Shown in pieces: positions 18,028 to 26,209 of a DNA stretch of 64,000 bases (positions are counted from its first letter, which is position 1; each line of letters begins with the position of its first letter). A model generated the notes under the pieces. The model ran no database searches, was not told the DNA's origin, and saw only the letters and a program-made list of their open reading frames with translations. The DNA lies in the sequence record NC_048818.1. One strand, 5' to 3'. Both the position numbers and the translations under genes were made by a program. Origin of the DNA: Escherichia phage VEc33.

Positions 18028-18732
18028 ATGGCTGGTTCTCGCAGAAAGAAACATATCCATGAAATCCCGGATGAAGTCTTTAAAAAAGTTATAGAGCATC
18101 TGGAGAACGGTGGTACTAAGAAAGCAGCATGTGAAATGCTTGGCGTATCATCCAACCCAACTATGGAAAGGATGATAGAAGAGTGGCAAGATCGCCAAAT
18201 TCAAGTTGCCGAGATGAAGAAAAAGAAACGTGGCACACTCATTGAAGGCATTGAGTTAGCTAACGTTATTGAGCAGTATTTATCTGGTGATTCTTTTGAA
18301 GAAATTGCCGATCGTAATTACCGCTCTGTAGCAATGGTTAAATCTGTTCTGGAACGATATGGTGCTCTACTTCGTTTGAACGATATTGTAGATCCATTGA
18401 ATCCTCCAATTATTCCTGATGATGCTGTAGCAGAAGAATTTGCAGTTGGTGAGCTTGTTTGGGTTCCTGGGTACCAGTGTATCGGTGAAATCAAAAAAGC
18501 AATGGATAACCCTGTTGGTTGTTACCGTGTATGGCTTCTATCAGAAGGCAAACAACAGAACGTTCATTATATGAATTATGAGTTGGCTTCTGTAAAGCAT
18601 TTGGAAAAGCTAGGAGTAGACGTAAAATCTCTGGGGTATAAATGGACTCGGGAAGAAGTCATTACGTTGATTAACGAAGCTGTTAAGGCCGCCTTGAAAC
18701 TTGATAAAGAAAAAGGAAAACGCCGTGAGTAG
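18028..18732 (+). CDS. Putative HTH DNA-binding/regulatory protein
   Basis: ATG 18028 right after the promoter and SD; HTH-like segment GGTKKAACEMLGVSSNPTMERMIEEW. ORF-track start 17923 lies upstream of the promoter. Confidence 0.6.
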   Translation: MAGSRRKKHIHEIPDEVFKKVIEHLENGGTKKAACEMLGVSSNPTMERMIEEWQDRQIQVAEMKKKKRGTLIEGIELANVIEQYLSGDSFEEIADRNYRSVAMVKSVLERYGALLRLNDIVDPLNPPIIPDDAVAEEFAVGELVWVPGYQCIGEIKKAMDNPVGCYRVWLLSEGKQQNVHYMNYELASVKHLEKLGVDVKSLGYKWTREEVITLINEAVKAALKLDKEKGKRRE

Positions 18733-18976
18733 ACTAACTGATTTACTTAAAGATGGGGAAGTAAAAACACTATATCGTAGAAGCTGGGATAACGATAATA
18801 ACGGCTTAGTGTTACTAACTTTAGATGCTGACTCGGATGTAGCTACTCAGCATACCTGGGTAGCCGGTAACTATCCATACAGCGAGGTTGTTTCATTAAC
18901 GGTATGCGAAGCTATTGCTGATGATTGGGAGATTGCCAGCATTGATGATATGCTCGCTGTTGGCCTGGTGGAGTAA
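18701..18976 (+). CDS. Hypothetical protein (about 85-91 aa)
   Basis: ORF track; alternative in-frame GTG near 18725. Confidence 0.45.
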   Translation: MIKKKENAVSRLTDLLKDGEVKTLYRRSWDNDNNGLVLLTLDADSDVATQHTWVAGNYPYSEVVSLTVCEAIADDWEIASIDDMLAVGLVE

Positions 18977-18993
18977 CTACTTAAAAATTTCAG

Positions 18994-19022
18994 TTGCTTA
19001 ATCCTACAATTCTTGATATAAT
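18994..19022 (+). promoter_or_regulatory. Sigma70-type promoter (TTGCTT, 17 bp, TATAAT)
   Basis: TTGCTT 18994-18999, TATAAT 19017-19022; AAGGAAA SD before ATG 19080. Confidence 0.6.
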
Positions 19023-19079
19023 ATTCTCATAGTTTGAAAGAACTATTCTGTTTAATTCTTAATTAAGGAAATATAAAAT

Positions 19080-19490
19080 ATGACTACTCCAACTCAGTGG
19101 ACTGATGAACTGTTTGAAAAAATGTCTTCCGAATATGTTGCTCGTATGGAGCAATTCCCAGAGGATGAACGTCCGGGCGTTAGCATGGAAATTGTTAGTG
19201 AAATTGCCCAGGAAAATGGTGTAACTCCGAACGGTTTTCGTATGAAGCTGACTAAAGCAGGTTTGTATATCAAGAAAGCTGCTGGTTCTACTTCTAAATC
19301 TAGTGCATCTACTGGAGAAAAAGCTTCCGGTGGTTCTCGTACCTCCAAAGCCCAAGCTCATGCTGATCTTCGTTCAGCGTTCTCTGATGCTGGCTTAGCA
19401 CCAGATTTTCTGGATGATGCAATTATCGACAAACTGACCGGTAAAGCGGCTGCTCATCTGGCCGAAGCAATCCGAGCTATCACTAAGTAA
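19080..19490 (+). CDS. Hypothetical protein (136 aa), Ser/Ala/Lys-rich linker
   Basis: ORF track; promoter and SD upstream; GC-rich codon choice. Confidence 0.6.
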   Translation: MTTPTQWTDELFEKMSSEYVARMEQFPEDERPGVSMEIVSEIAQENGVTPNGFRMKLTKAGLYIKKAAGSTSKSSASTGEKASGGSRTSKAQAHADLRSAFSDAGLAPDFLDDAIIDKLTGKAAAHLAEAIRAITK

Positions 19491-19527
19491 TATTTAGATA
19501 AATCCACCAACAAAAGGAACTACAGTT

Positions 19528-19824
19528 ATGACCAAAGCTGAAATTATCGCACAGTGTGAAAAATTTGGTGAGTTTTATCTTCATTACGAGAAACTTCGTC
19601 AGAAAGGAACCACATACCTTCAGGGTACAATGGAATTTGATCCAGCCCAGGATAAATATCTGGCTGAGCGTATTAAACGTGAACGTATTCGTAAAGCGAA
19701 AGATGATGAAATCCTTGTCTTCTCTCGTACTAATGATAGCTTCCGTTTTATTCCTGTCGAGAAAGTTCGTCGTGTGACTAGCCTTCAATCAGAGTTAGAT
19801 CGTGCTTCTCCAGTAGGCCGATAA
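19528..19824 (+). CDS. Hypothetical protein (98 aa)
   Basis: ORF track; AAAGGAACTACAGTT upstream. Confidence 0.55.
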   Translation: MTKAEIIAQCEKFGEFYLHYEKLRQKGTTYLQGTMEFDPAQDKYLAERIKRERIRKAKDDEILVFSRTNDSFRFIPVEKVRRVTSLQSELDRASPVGR

Positions 19825-19834
19825 GAAAACAATT

Positions 19835-19856
19835 AGCCCCTATATGGGGCTTTTTG
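19835..19856 (+). terminator. Rho-independent terminator
   Basis: AGCCCC-TATAT-GGGGCT then TTTTTGTGTATTT. Confidence 0.7.
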
Positions 19857-19874
19857 TGTATTTGGGATACGTAA

Positions 19875-20183
19875 ATGAGCGAACAGGTAAATCAAAACTA
19901 TGAAGGACACGTTGATGACCAGTCCATCATACTTTGGGAGAAGGAGGGAGAACAAGTAAGATTAACAGTATCTGAATTTCGTGGGAATCTATACATGGGT
20001 ATTCGTTACTGGCTTCTTGATATTAATGATGAATGGTTTCCAACGAAATCTGGCTTCTCTTTTCCTTACACCCTAGAAACAACATCACAGCTTTTCTATG
20101 CGTTTACACAGATTCTTAGCGAATCTGAGGTTTTACATGAAGTACAGAAACGAGCTGAAGAACTCAAAGCCAAGAATGCCTAG
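19875..20183 (+). CDS. PC4-like single-stranded DNA-binding protein
   Basis: About 100 aa with RLTVSEFRGNLYMGIRYW...FPTKSGFSF pattern characteristic of the PC4/YdbC ssDNA-binding fold. Confidence 0.6.
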   Translation: MSEQVNQNYEGHVDDQSIILWEKEGEQVRLTVSEFRGNLYMGIRYWLLDINDEWFPTKSGFSFPYTLETTSQLFYAFTQILSESEVLHEVQKRAEELKAKNA

Positions 20184-20200
20184 TTCTTGGCTTTTTCTTT
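20168..20200 (+). terminator. Rho-independent terminator, stop codon inside the loop
   Basis: AGCCAAGAA-TGCCTAG-TTCTTGGCT then TTTTTCTTT. Confidence 0.75.
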
Positions 20201-20210
20201 ATAAATGTAT

Positions 20211-20239
20211 TTGCTTTCAACTCAGTTTTGTTATATAAT
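20211..20239 (+). promoter_or_regulatory. T5-type early promoter (TTGCTT, 17 bp, TATAAT)
   Basis: TTGCTT 20211-20216, TATAAT 20234-20239; downstream ATTTATATAAATTAATGAGAGGA. Confidence 0.7.
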
Positions 20240-20268
20240 ATTTATATAAATTAATGAGAGGATTAATC

Positions 20269-20469
20269 ATGGCAATGACAGTAACACTTCCCAAGATTCA
20301 AGCAAAACTTAATCTACTTTCCACAGCACGCATTAATTATCAGGATAACATAGGCACAGTAAATCAAAAGGTGTACAAAGATGCGTTTCTGAAAGAATCT
20401 GCTGATTTGATGGATATGGTTACACAATATAATAAAGAACTCAAGATGGAAATCGCCGATGATGAATAA
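20269..20469 (+). CDS. Hypothetical small protein (66 aa)
   Basis: ATG 20269 with GAGAGGA SD; ORF-track start 20254 is in frame but lies inside the SD. Confidence 0.5.
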   Translation: MAMTVTLPKIQAKLNLLSTARINYQDNIGTVNQKVYKDAFLKESADLMDMVTQYNKELKMEIADDE

Positions 20470-21433
20470 TATAAAAGACTTTATTAAGCGTTGTCAAGAA
20501 GCATATTATCAAGGCATGTCTTTAATCTCTGACGAAGAATATGATCGTCTGATTAAAAGATTTCCACTAGAAGAAGAGATCGGGCCTAAGGGTGATATTC
20601 CACACCTGTATCGTATGTATTCTTTACAGAAAGTTTATTATAATCGTGGAGATAAACCTCCGTTTAACCCATTAGGTCAGGTAGAAACTGATAAGTTAGA
20701 TGGTTGTGCGATTTCTCTGCTATATATTAATGGCGATTTTGTTCAAGCACTAACTCGTGGTAGCGGTATTTTAGGAAATGATGTCACAAGCAACGTAAGA
20801 TTGCTGAACATCCCCAAAAAGATTTCCCAAAAAGTACCTACTCAAATCACTGGTGAAGTTCTAATTACAAAAGAAGTAGAAAATAAACGTAACTTTGCCT
20901 CTGGTGCTATTAACCTCAAAGATAGCGATGATTTCGTACAACGTATCGGGGAAGGTGGTTTAATCTTCGTTGCATATGGTATCCAGTGTTCTGCTGAATC
21001 TGTAGGTATTACAGAAGCGTATTTAAAAGATATGCTTTGGCTGGAGAATGAGAACTTCTTAACAGTTGTTAATGTGCGTTCCTTCTTTAAATGGATTCCG
21101 ACTGATGGTAAAGTTGTTCGTATTAATGACAACAACAAATTCTTCCGAGAAGGCTGGACTAATAAATTCCCTCGCGGGGCATTCGCTATTAAAGAGGATG
21201 AAGAAGGCGAGATTACAACTCTTACTAAAGTTGAATGGCAGGTAGGGGCTTCTGGTAAAGTAACTCCAGTTGGTTATTTCGAACCGGTAATTATTGATGA
21301 TGCTACAATTGTTAAGGCGACTCTTAATAACGTTGATTATATTAACTCTCTTGATCTAGAGATCGGTTGCCAGATTCGAGTGATTCGTGCTGGTGGTGTA
21401 ATCCCGTGCATAGTAGAGCGAGTATACGATTAA
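20459..21433 (+). CDS. ligA: NAD-dependent DNA ligase, adenylation/OB part (subunit A of a split ligase)
   Basis: KxDG motif (TDKLDGCAISLLY), TRGSG, ligase OB region; C-terminal Zn finger, HhH and BRCT are missing from this ORF. Confidence 0.8.
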   Translation: MMNNIKDFIKRCQEAYYQGMSLISDEEYDRLIKRFPLEEEIGPKGDIPHLYRMYSLQKVYYNRGDKPPFNPLGQVETDKLDGCAISLLYINGDFVQALTRGSGILGNDVTSNVRLLNIPKKISQKVPTQITGEVLITKEVENKRNFASGAINLKDSDDFVQRIGEGGLIFVAYGIQCSAESVGITEAYLKDMLWLENENFLTVVNVRSFFKWIPTDGKVVRINDNNKFFREGWTNKFPRGAFAIKEDEEGEITTLTKVEWQVGASGKVTPVGYFEPVIIDDATIVKATLNNVDYINSLDLEIGCQIRVIRAGGVIPCIVERVYD

Positions 21434-21483
21434 TACATAACCCTTTGCTACCCATCTACCATATCGGAATTATAAAGTGGTTA

Positions 21484-21512
21484 TTGACATTTTCGCCGCT
21501 TAGGTATATACT
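21484..21512 (+). promoter_or_regulatory. Sigma70-type promoter (TTGACA, 17 bp, TATACT) inside the ligA/ligB spacer
   Basis: TTGACA 21484-21489, TATACT 21507-21512. Confidence 0.55.
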
Positions 21513-21576
21513 ATTATCATTCAGTTGAGGGATAGAAAGTTATGGCGAGGGTAAGCAAAGTTAGTTAAAATTGTAG

Positions 21577-21605
21577 TTGCTAAATGCTTAAATACTTGCT
21601 ATAAT
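21577..21605 (+). promoter_or_regulatory. T5-type promoter (TTGCTA, 17 bp, TATAAT) upstream of ligB
   Basis: TTGCTA 21577-21582, TATAAT 21600-21605, then ATTTATATAAATTGATAAGGAAG and ATG 21636. Confidence 0.65.
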
Positions 21606-21635
21606 ATTTATATAAATTGATAAGGAAGAAATTTG

Positions 21636-22415
21636 ATGAAAATCGAAATTCCAACACAATGTCCCTCTTGTGGTTCTAAGCTAGATCTTGTCAACGGACA
21701 ATTATTCTGTCGGAATAAGTCCAACTGCCCAGCGCAATCAAGTAAGTTAATTGAGAACTTCTGTACAAAAATGAAGTTAAAGGGCTTTGGCCCAAAAACT
21801 ATTGAGAAGCTGGAGCTGACGAAGATTTCAGAACTATTTTACCTAACCGAAGAAGATTTGGTTAGAGCCGTGGGTAGCAAGGTTGCCGCTAAGTTAATTA
21901 GCGAATTAAATACTAAAGTTCGCGGAGACATTGACTTTGGTTCAGTTCTCGGTTCTTTAGGAATCCCTCTAATTGGAGAGGTTGCAGCAAAGAAATTATC
22001 CCAAAATTGCACTAGCTTCCATGATGTGAAGGCTGACGGCAAAGCTGGAGAAAATTATAAAGCCTGGCTAAATTCCCCACAAGGCAAGGATGTTATCGAA
22101 TTACCGTGGAAATTCACAACGGGTATTAAAGGTGCTAAAGCTGAGGTCATCATCACTGATGGTCTAGTAGCCCAACCAAACGGAATAACGGTATGTATTA
22201 CCGGATCTTTGCAAGATTTTGCAAATAGAACGGATGCAACAAACTATTTAGAAGGTCTAGGATATACGGTTAAGAAATCCGTTACCAAAGACGTCAAATA
22301 CCTAATCTGTGAGGATGAATCGAAGCGTTCTTCCTCATCTTATAAGAAAGCCGAAACGAATGGGATAGAAATCCTGTCGATTAAAGAACTATTGGAGAAA
22401 AATAATAATGTCTAA
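21636..22415 (+). CDS. ligB: NAD-dependent DNA ligase, Zn-finger/HhH/BRCT part (subunit B of a split ligase)
   Basis: Cys4 cluster CPSCGSKL...CRNKSNC at the N-terminus, C-terminal BRCT-like region (VCITGSL...). ATG 21636 with AAGGAAG SD. Confidence 0.78.
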   Translation: MKIEIPTQCPSCGSKLDLVNGQLFCRNKSNCPAQSSKLIENFCTKMKLKGFGPKTIEKLELTKISELFYLTEEDLVRAVGSKVAAKLISELNTKVRGDIDFGSVLGSLGIPLIGEVAAKKLSQNCTSFHDVKADGKAGENYKAWLNSPQGKDVIELPWKFTTGIKGAKAEVIITDGLVAQPNGITVCITGSLQDFANRTDATNYLEGLGYTVKKSVTKDVKYLICEDESKRSSSSYKKAETNGIEILSIKELLEKNNNV

Positions 22416-23175
22416 ACTGAACTGGAACGTAGAAGGTGTAACCGAGTCTCTGAAAGCAAAAGCCACTGCCCTGGGTGTTGCTGTAATCTCTCAAGAACAA
22501 GTAGCTGCTATTGCTGCTGAACTGGCTGCTGAAACTGGCAAAGACGTTACCGCTCGCTCTGTTGGCTCTAAGCTGCGTAAAGAAGGTTTTGAAGTACAGA
22601 AAGCTAACGAAGTACAGAAATCCCCGTGGACTCCTGAGCAGGAAGCTGAACTGGTTGATTTCCTGAACGCTCATGCTGGTCAGTATACCTATGCTGAAAT
22701 CGCTGCTGCTGTAGCTGGTGGTCAGTTCGGTGCTAAGCAGGTACAGGGTAAGATTCTGAGTCTGGAAATGACCGCTTCTGTTAAACCAACCGAAAAAGCT
22801 GCTGCTGTTCGTTCCTTCACTCCGGATGAAGAAACTGATTTTGTTAATCAGGTTGTTGCTGGTGCTACTATTGAAGCTATCGCTGCTCACTTCGGTCGTA
22901 ATATCAAGCAGATCCGCGGTAAAGCTCTGAGCCTGCTTCGTGAAGGTCGTATCGCCGCTATGCCGGTACAGGAAACCTCAAGTGCTAAAACTCGTGAAGA
23001 TCTGTTAGAAGGTCTGGATCTGGTTAACATGACTGTTGCTGAGATCGCTGAGAAAACTGGTAAATCTGAGCGCGGTGTTAAATCTATGCTGTCTCGTCGT
23101 GGTCTGGTTGCTAAGGACTATGATGGTGCCGCTAAGCGTGCTAAACTGGATGCAAAAGCTGCGGCTGCTGAATAA
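22408..23175 (+). CDS. Putative DNA-binding protein with four internal HTH-like repeats (T5 D5-like by position and size)
   Basis: 255 aa, Ala-rich, repeated (T/S)xAEIAxxxG...K(S/A)(M/L)LS motif; strongly biased GC-rich codons. Confidence 0.5.
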   Translation: MSKLNWNVEGVTESLKAKATALGVAVISQEQVAAIAAELAAETGKDVTARSVGSKLRKEGFEVQKANEVQKSPWTPEQEAELVDFLNAHAGQYTYAEIAAAVAGGQFGAKQVQGKILSLEMTASVKPTEKAAAVRSFTPDEETDFVNQVVAGATIEAIAAHFGRNIKQIRGKALSLLREGRIAAMPVQETSSAKTREDLLEGLDLVNMTVAEIAEKTGKSERGVKSMLSRRGLVAKDYDGAAKRAKLDAKAAAAE

Positions 23176-23192
23176 TCTGGTAAATTAAACCT

Positions 23193-23228
23193 AAGGGGAG
23201 GGGGCTATGCTCCTTCCCCTTTTTGCAT
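23193..23228 (+). terminator. Rho-independent terminator
   Basis: AAGGGGAGGGG-CTATG-CTCCTTCCCCTT then TTTTGCATTT. Confidence 0.6.
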
Positions 23229-23257
23229 TTAGAAGGCACGAAAGCGTGCAAAGGAGA

Positions 23258-24730
23258 ATGACCTTGTTTAACGTGCAAGCTGTAGTGTTGAAGATGCTTC
23301 TAGCTTCCGAACAGAAGCAAATAGCATTGGAAACATTCTCAAAACTGCATAAAGATCATTTTAATGACGCTTTCTCCTCAATTTACCAAGCCGTCCAGAA
23401 TTATTATAAAAAATATAACACAATGCCGTCCATTGACGCACTTATGCTTGAAGCTAATAGGAACGCCCGCCTTTCTCAAGCTCTAGTCGTCTTAGCTAAC
23501 ACTCAAATTCCAGAAGTGAGCATGGAACAGGCACTTGAAGTCCTAGAAGCCGAATATACACAGGATTTATTCCTGAAGCTTCTAGAAACAGACGTGCTTC
23601 AAGATTTAACAATGCTGGATCAGGGAGAAATTCTCAACCGAGTTGCCTCCCTTCACTTAAAATTAGAAGAGAAAGTAACGAATACTGGAAAAGTATTCAA
23701 CGCAGATAACATGCGTATTTTCCAGAGAGAAGAAGATACCAAACTGAACTTAATCGCTCTTGGTATTTGTAATGAGTTCGACGCTCAAATCGGTTTAGCT
23801 CGCACAGAAACGTTACTGCTTGGTGGTTGGCGTGGTACTGGTAAATCCATTATCTGTTCAAACATACAGGTTCAGCAATATTTGAATGGGGATATTGCTC
23901 CATACTTCTCAATTGAGATGAAAGAACATGAAGTATTTAGACGTAATCTAGCCATGTTAGCTGGTGTATCGGCATTAGCAATGCGTAATAATACTCTAGA
24001 AGGTGCAGCTCTGTTGAGATTAGCCAGAACTAGAGCTAGAATGTTTAATGGTGGTGAAGAGCTTTTCGACAACTTCGTTAAACAGTACACAATGGCTAAG
24101 ATGAGTGATTTCTACGATATGGAGAGTAAGCTAATAGAGGGATATGAACTACATACTCCTATGATTATCGTTTATGACCCTGAACTGTCCATTACAACAG
24201 TTGACGTAGAATTAAATAAATTAGTTGCTAGATATGGGGATAAAGTTACAGTAGCTTTACTGGACTATATTAACCAAACCCGACTTCCAGACTCTAAAAC
24301 CATTGATATGTATGACTGGAAAGAACAGATGGTTGTTAGCTCGTCTTTCAAATCTATCTGCCAGAAACATAACGTGGCTGGTGTAGCTCCTTACCAGATT
24401 GATCAAGATGGTAGAACACGTATGTCAAAGGGGATTCTTGATTCCGCAGACATGGCTGCTAATCTTAATGCTGCAAAAGCTGATAATGGTCAAGGTGCTA
24501 TTATGTTTGACTTCGTTAAGACTCGTTCTTCTGATAGCGTGAAGTTTATGCCTAAAATGAACTGGGAAACCCTGCGGATGGATAACACTACCAACCTAGC
24601 AATGGAAGATATATCTCAAATGGAAGCTGAGTTCGTTATCCCTATTGAGAAGGATAAGCCGGCTCAATCTAAACGTGCTAAGAAAGACAAAGCTGAAAAT
24701 TCAACAGGTGAACAGGCCAGCGATATATGA
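23258..24730 (+). CDS. DnaB-like replicative helicase
   Basis: ATG 23258 with AAAGGAGA SD (ORF-track start 23207 is inside the terminator loop). RecA-fold motifs GGWRGTGKS and FSIEM. Confidence 0.75.
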   Translation: MTLFNVQAVVLKMLLASEQKQIALETFSKLHKDHFNDAFSSIYQAVQNYYKKYNTMPSIDALMLEANRNARLSQALVVLANTQIPEVSMEQALEVLEAEYTQDLFLKLLETDVLQDLTMLDQGEILNRVASLHLKLEEKVTNTGKVFNADNMRIFQREEDTKLNLIALGICNEFDAQIGLARTETLLLGGWRGTGKSIICSNIQVQQYLNGDIAPYFSIEMKEHEVFRRNLAMLAGVSALAMRNNTLEGAALLRLARTRARMFNGGEELFDNFVKQYTMAKMSDFYDMESKLIEGYELHTPMIIVYDPELSITTVDVELNKLVARYGDKVTVALLDYINQTRLPDSKTIDMYDWKEQMVVSSSFKSICQKHNVAGVAPYQIDQDGRTRMSKGILDSADMAANLNAAKADNGQGAIMFDFVKTRSSDSVKFMPKMNWETLRMDNTTNLAMEDISQMEAEFVIPIEKDKPAQSKRAKKDKAENSTGEQASDI

Positions 24731-25260
24731 TAACACAGGAAAGGCTAAAAGAGTTATTTGATTACTCCCCAGAAACTGGGGAGTTTACTAGAAAAGTATC
24801 TAGAGGTAATCAGAAAGCTGGTAGTATAATAACCAGAAAAGACTCTAACGGTTATATAATTATTGGTATAGATGGCAAGGATTACAAAGCCCATCGGATG
24901 GCTTTTCTATTTATGGAAAATACATTGCCGAAAAAAGTAGACCATGTAAACAGAATACCTTTTGATAATAGGTGGTGTAATCTAAGAGACGCCACAGCTC
25001 AGGAAAATAGTAGAAATAAAACCGCATGTAGTAAGTCTGGATATTTGGGAGTTGCTTGGGATATCGAAAAACAAAGATGGAGAGTTCAAGTAAGAGACTC
25101 TAATAGCACTCTTAAAAATGGTGGCAGATTTAAGCATGAAGAGCTAGAGCTAGCTGTAAATTCAGCAAATATATTAAGGACTAAGTTACATGGAGAACGT
25201 GCTGTTATAGAAATTTTTGATACATCTAATTATCCTTCACTGGAGGAGTTAAATTCATGA
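24727..25260 (+). CDS. HNH-family homing endonuclease-like protein with AP2-like DNA-binding region
   Basis: HNH-like region KAHRMAFLFMENTLPKKVDHVNRIPFDNRWCNLRDATAQEN, AP2-like YLGVAWDIEKQRWRVQV; paralog of 63453-63950. Confidence 0.7.
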   Translation: MITQERLKELFDYSPETGEFTRKVSRGNQKAGSIITRKDSNGYIIIGIDGKDYKAHRMAFLFMENTLPKKVDHVNRIPFDNRWCNLRDATAQENSRNKTACSKSGYLGVAWDIEKQRWRVQVRDSNSTLKNGGRFKHEELELAVNSANILRTKLHGERAVIEIFDTSNYPSLEELNS

Positions 25261-26147
25261 GTCGAATAACAGAATTACTTGATCTTAAGGGAATTGAGTA
25301 TAAAGATACTGGTGGAGATATTTTAATCTGTTGTCTCAATCCAGATCATGACGATAAACACCCGAGTTTGCGTATTGACCCTGAAACAGGTATTATGCAC
25401 TGCTTGAGTTGTGGCTTCGGTAAAGGTATACCGAGCATTTACCATTATTTTAATGAGACCCAGTACCGACAGTCCCCAAGGCTATCACAAGTACGTAAAA
25501 AAATTTCTGAGATTAGAAATGGATCTACGAATCTTGCAATCCCAGAATCTGCCTTTCTTTTTGAAGGTGATTTCCGAGGTATCAGTTCTAAGACCTTGAA
25601 GAAATATTTTGCTTTCCAACATCAAGAGAACTGGGAAGGCAGAATTGTATTCCCAATCACAGATGCTGTTGGACGCAATATCCTATTTTTGGGTCGTTCT
25701 ATAAACAGTTCTGCCCCTCCTAAATACTTAGTAAAACCAAAACAAGTTTCACCACCGATTTTCCCTGTACGATATAATACTCCAGTTCTTGTTCTAGTTG
25801 AAGGTATCTTTGATATGCTGAACCTAGAGGATAATGGTATAGACTATGCTTCTTGCTGCTTTGGTACACATCAGTTTACCTCGGATAACATTGCAGATAA
25901 GTTCAGTCCTTATATTATTGCTGGTGTTAAAGTTGTTGTTATCTTACTAGATAATGATGCTTCTGGTAATAAGGCCGCACAAGCATTGGCCAAGTTAATT
26001 CGTACAAAAACGCGTTTAACACCTGTAGTTGCTAATTTTCTTCTGCCTGAAGGTAAAGACCCGGGTGACTTAAATAAAGAAGAGATCGATATGTTAGCAA
26101 AACGTATTGAAATTTTAGTTGCTGAATCGCTTAAAGATTTGGTATAA
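25257..26147 (+). CDS. DNA primase (DnaG-like zinc finger plus TOPRIM)
   Basis: Zn-binding CCLNPDHDDKHPS...HCLSCG, TOPRIM-like VLVEGIFD and LLDNDASG. Confidence 0.8.
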   Translation: MSRITELLDLKGIEYKDTGGDILICCLNPDHDDKHPSLRIDPETGIMHCLSCGFGKGIPSIYHYFNETQYRQSPRLSQVRKKISEIRNGSTNLAIPESAFLFEGDFRGISSKTLKKYFAFQHQENWEGRIVFPITDAVGRNILFLGRSINSSAPPKYLVKPKQVSPPIFPVRYNTPVLVLVEGIFDMLNLEDNGIDYASCCFGTHQFTSDNIADKFSPYIIAGVKVVVILLDNDASGNKAAQALAKLIRTKTRLTPVVANFLLPEGKDPGDLNKEEIDMLAKRIEILVAESLKDLV

Positions 26148-26148
26148 T
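26119..26148 (+). promoter_or_regulatory. Sigma70-type promoter with extended -10 (TTGCTG, 18 bp, TGgTATAAT)
   Basis: Lies in the last codons of the primase gene, upstream of the polymerase SD AGAGGAGA. Confidence 0.5.
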
Positions 26149-26209
26149 ATATTGGTAAGTTAGAGAAGAAACACTGAAGTTATACTTACTTACCAAGAGG
26201 AGATTAAAT

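Noticed and set aside
22381-22890. Minus-strand 169 aa ORF overlapping the D5-like gene
   Set aside because: Antisense artefact of strongly biased GC-rich codon usage; Ser/Phe-rich low-complexity product; no SD.
23207-23257. ORF-track start of the DnaB-like helicase at 23207
   Set aside because: That ATG lies in the loop of the upstream terminator hairpin; ATG 23258 has an AAAGGAGA SD.
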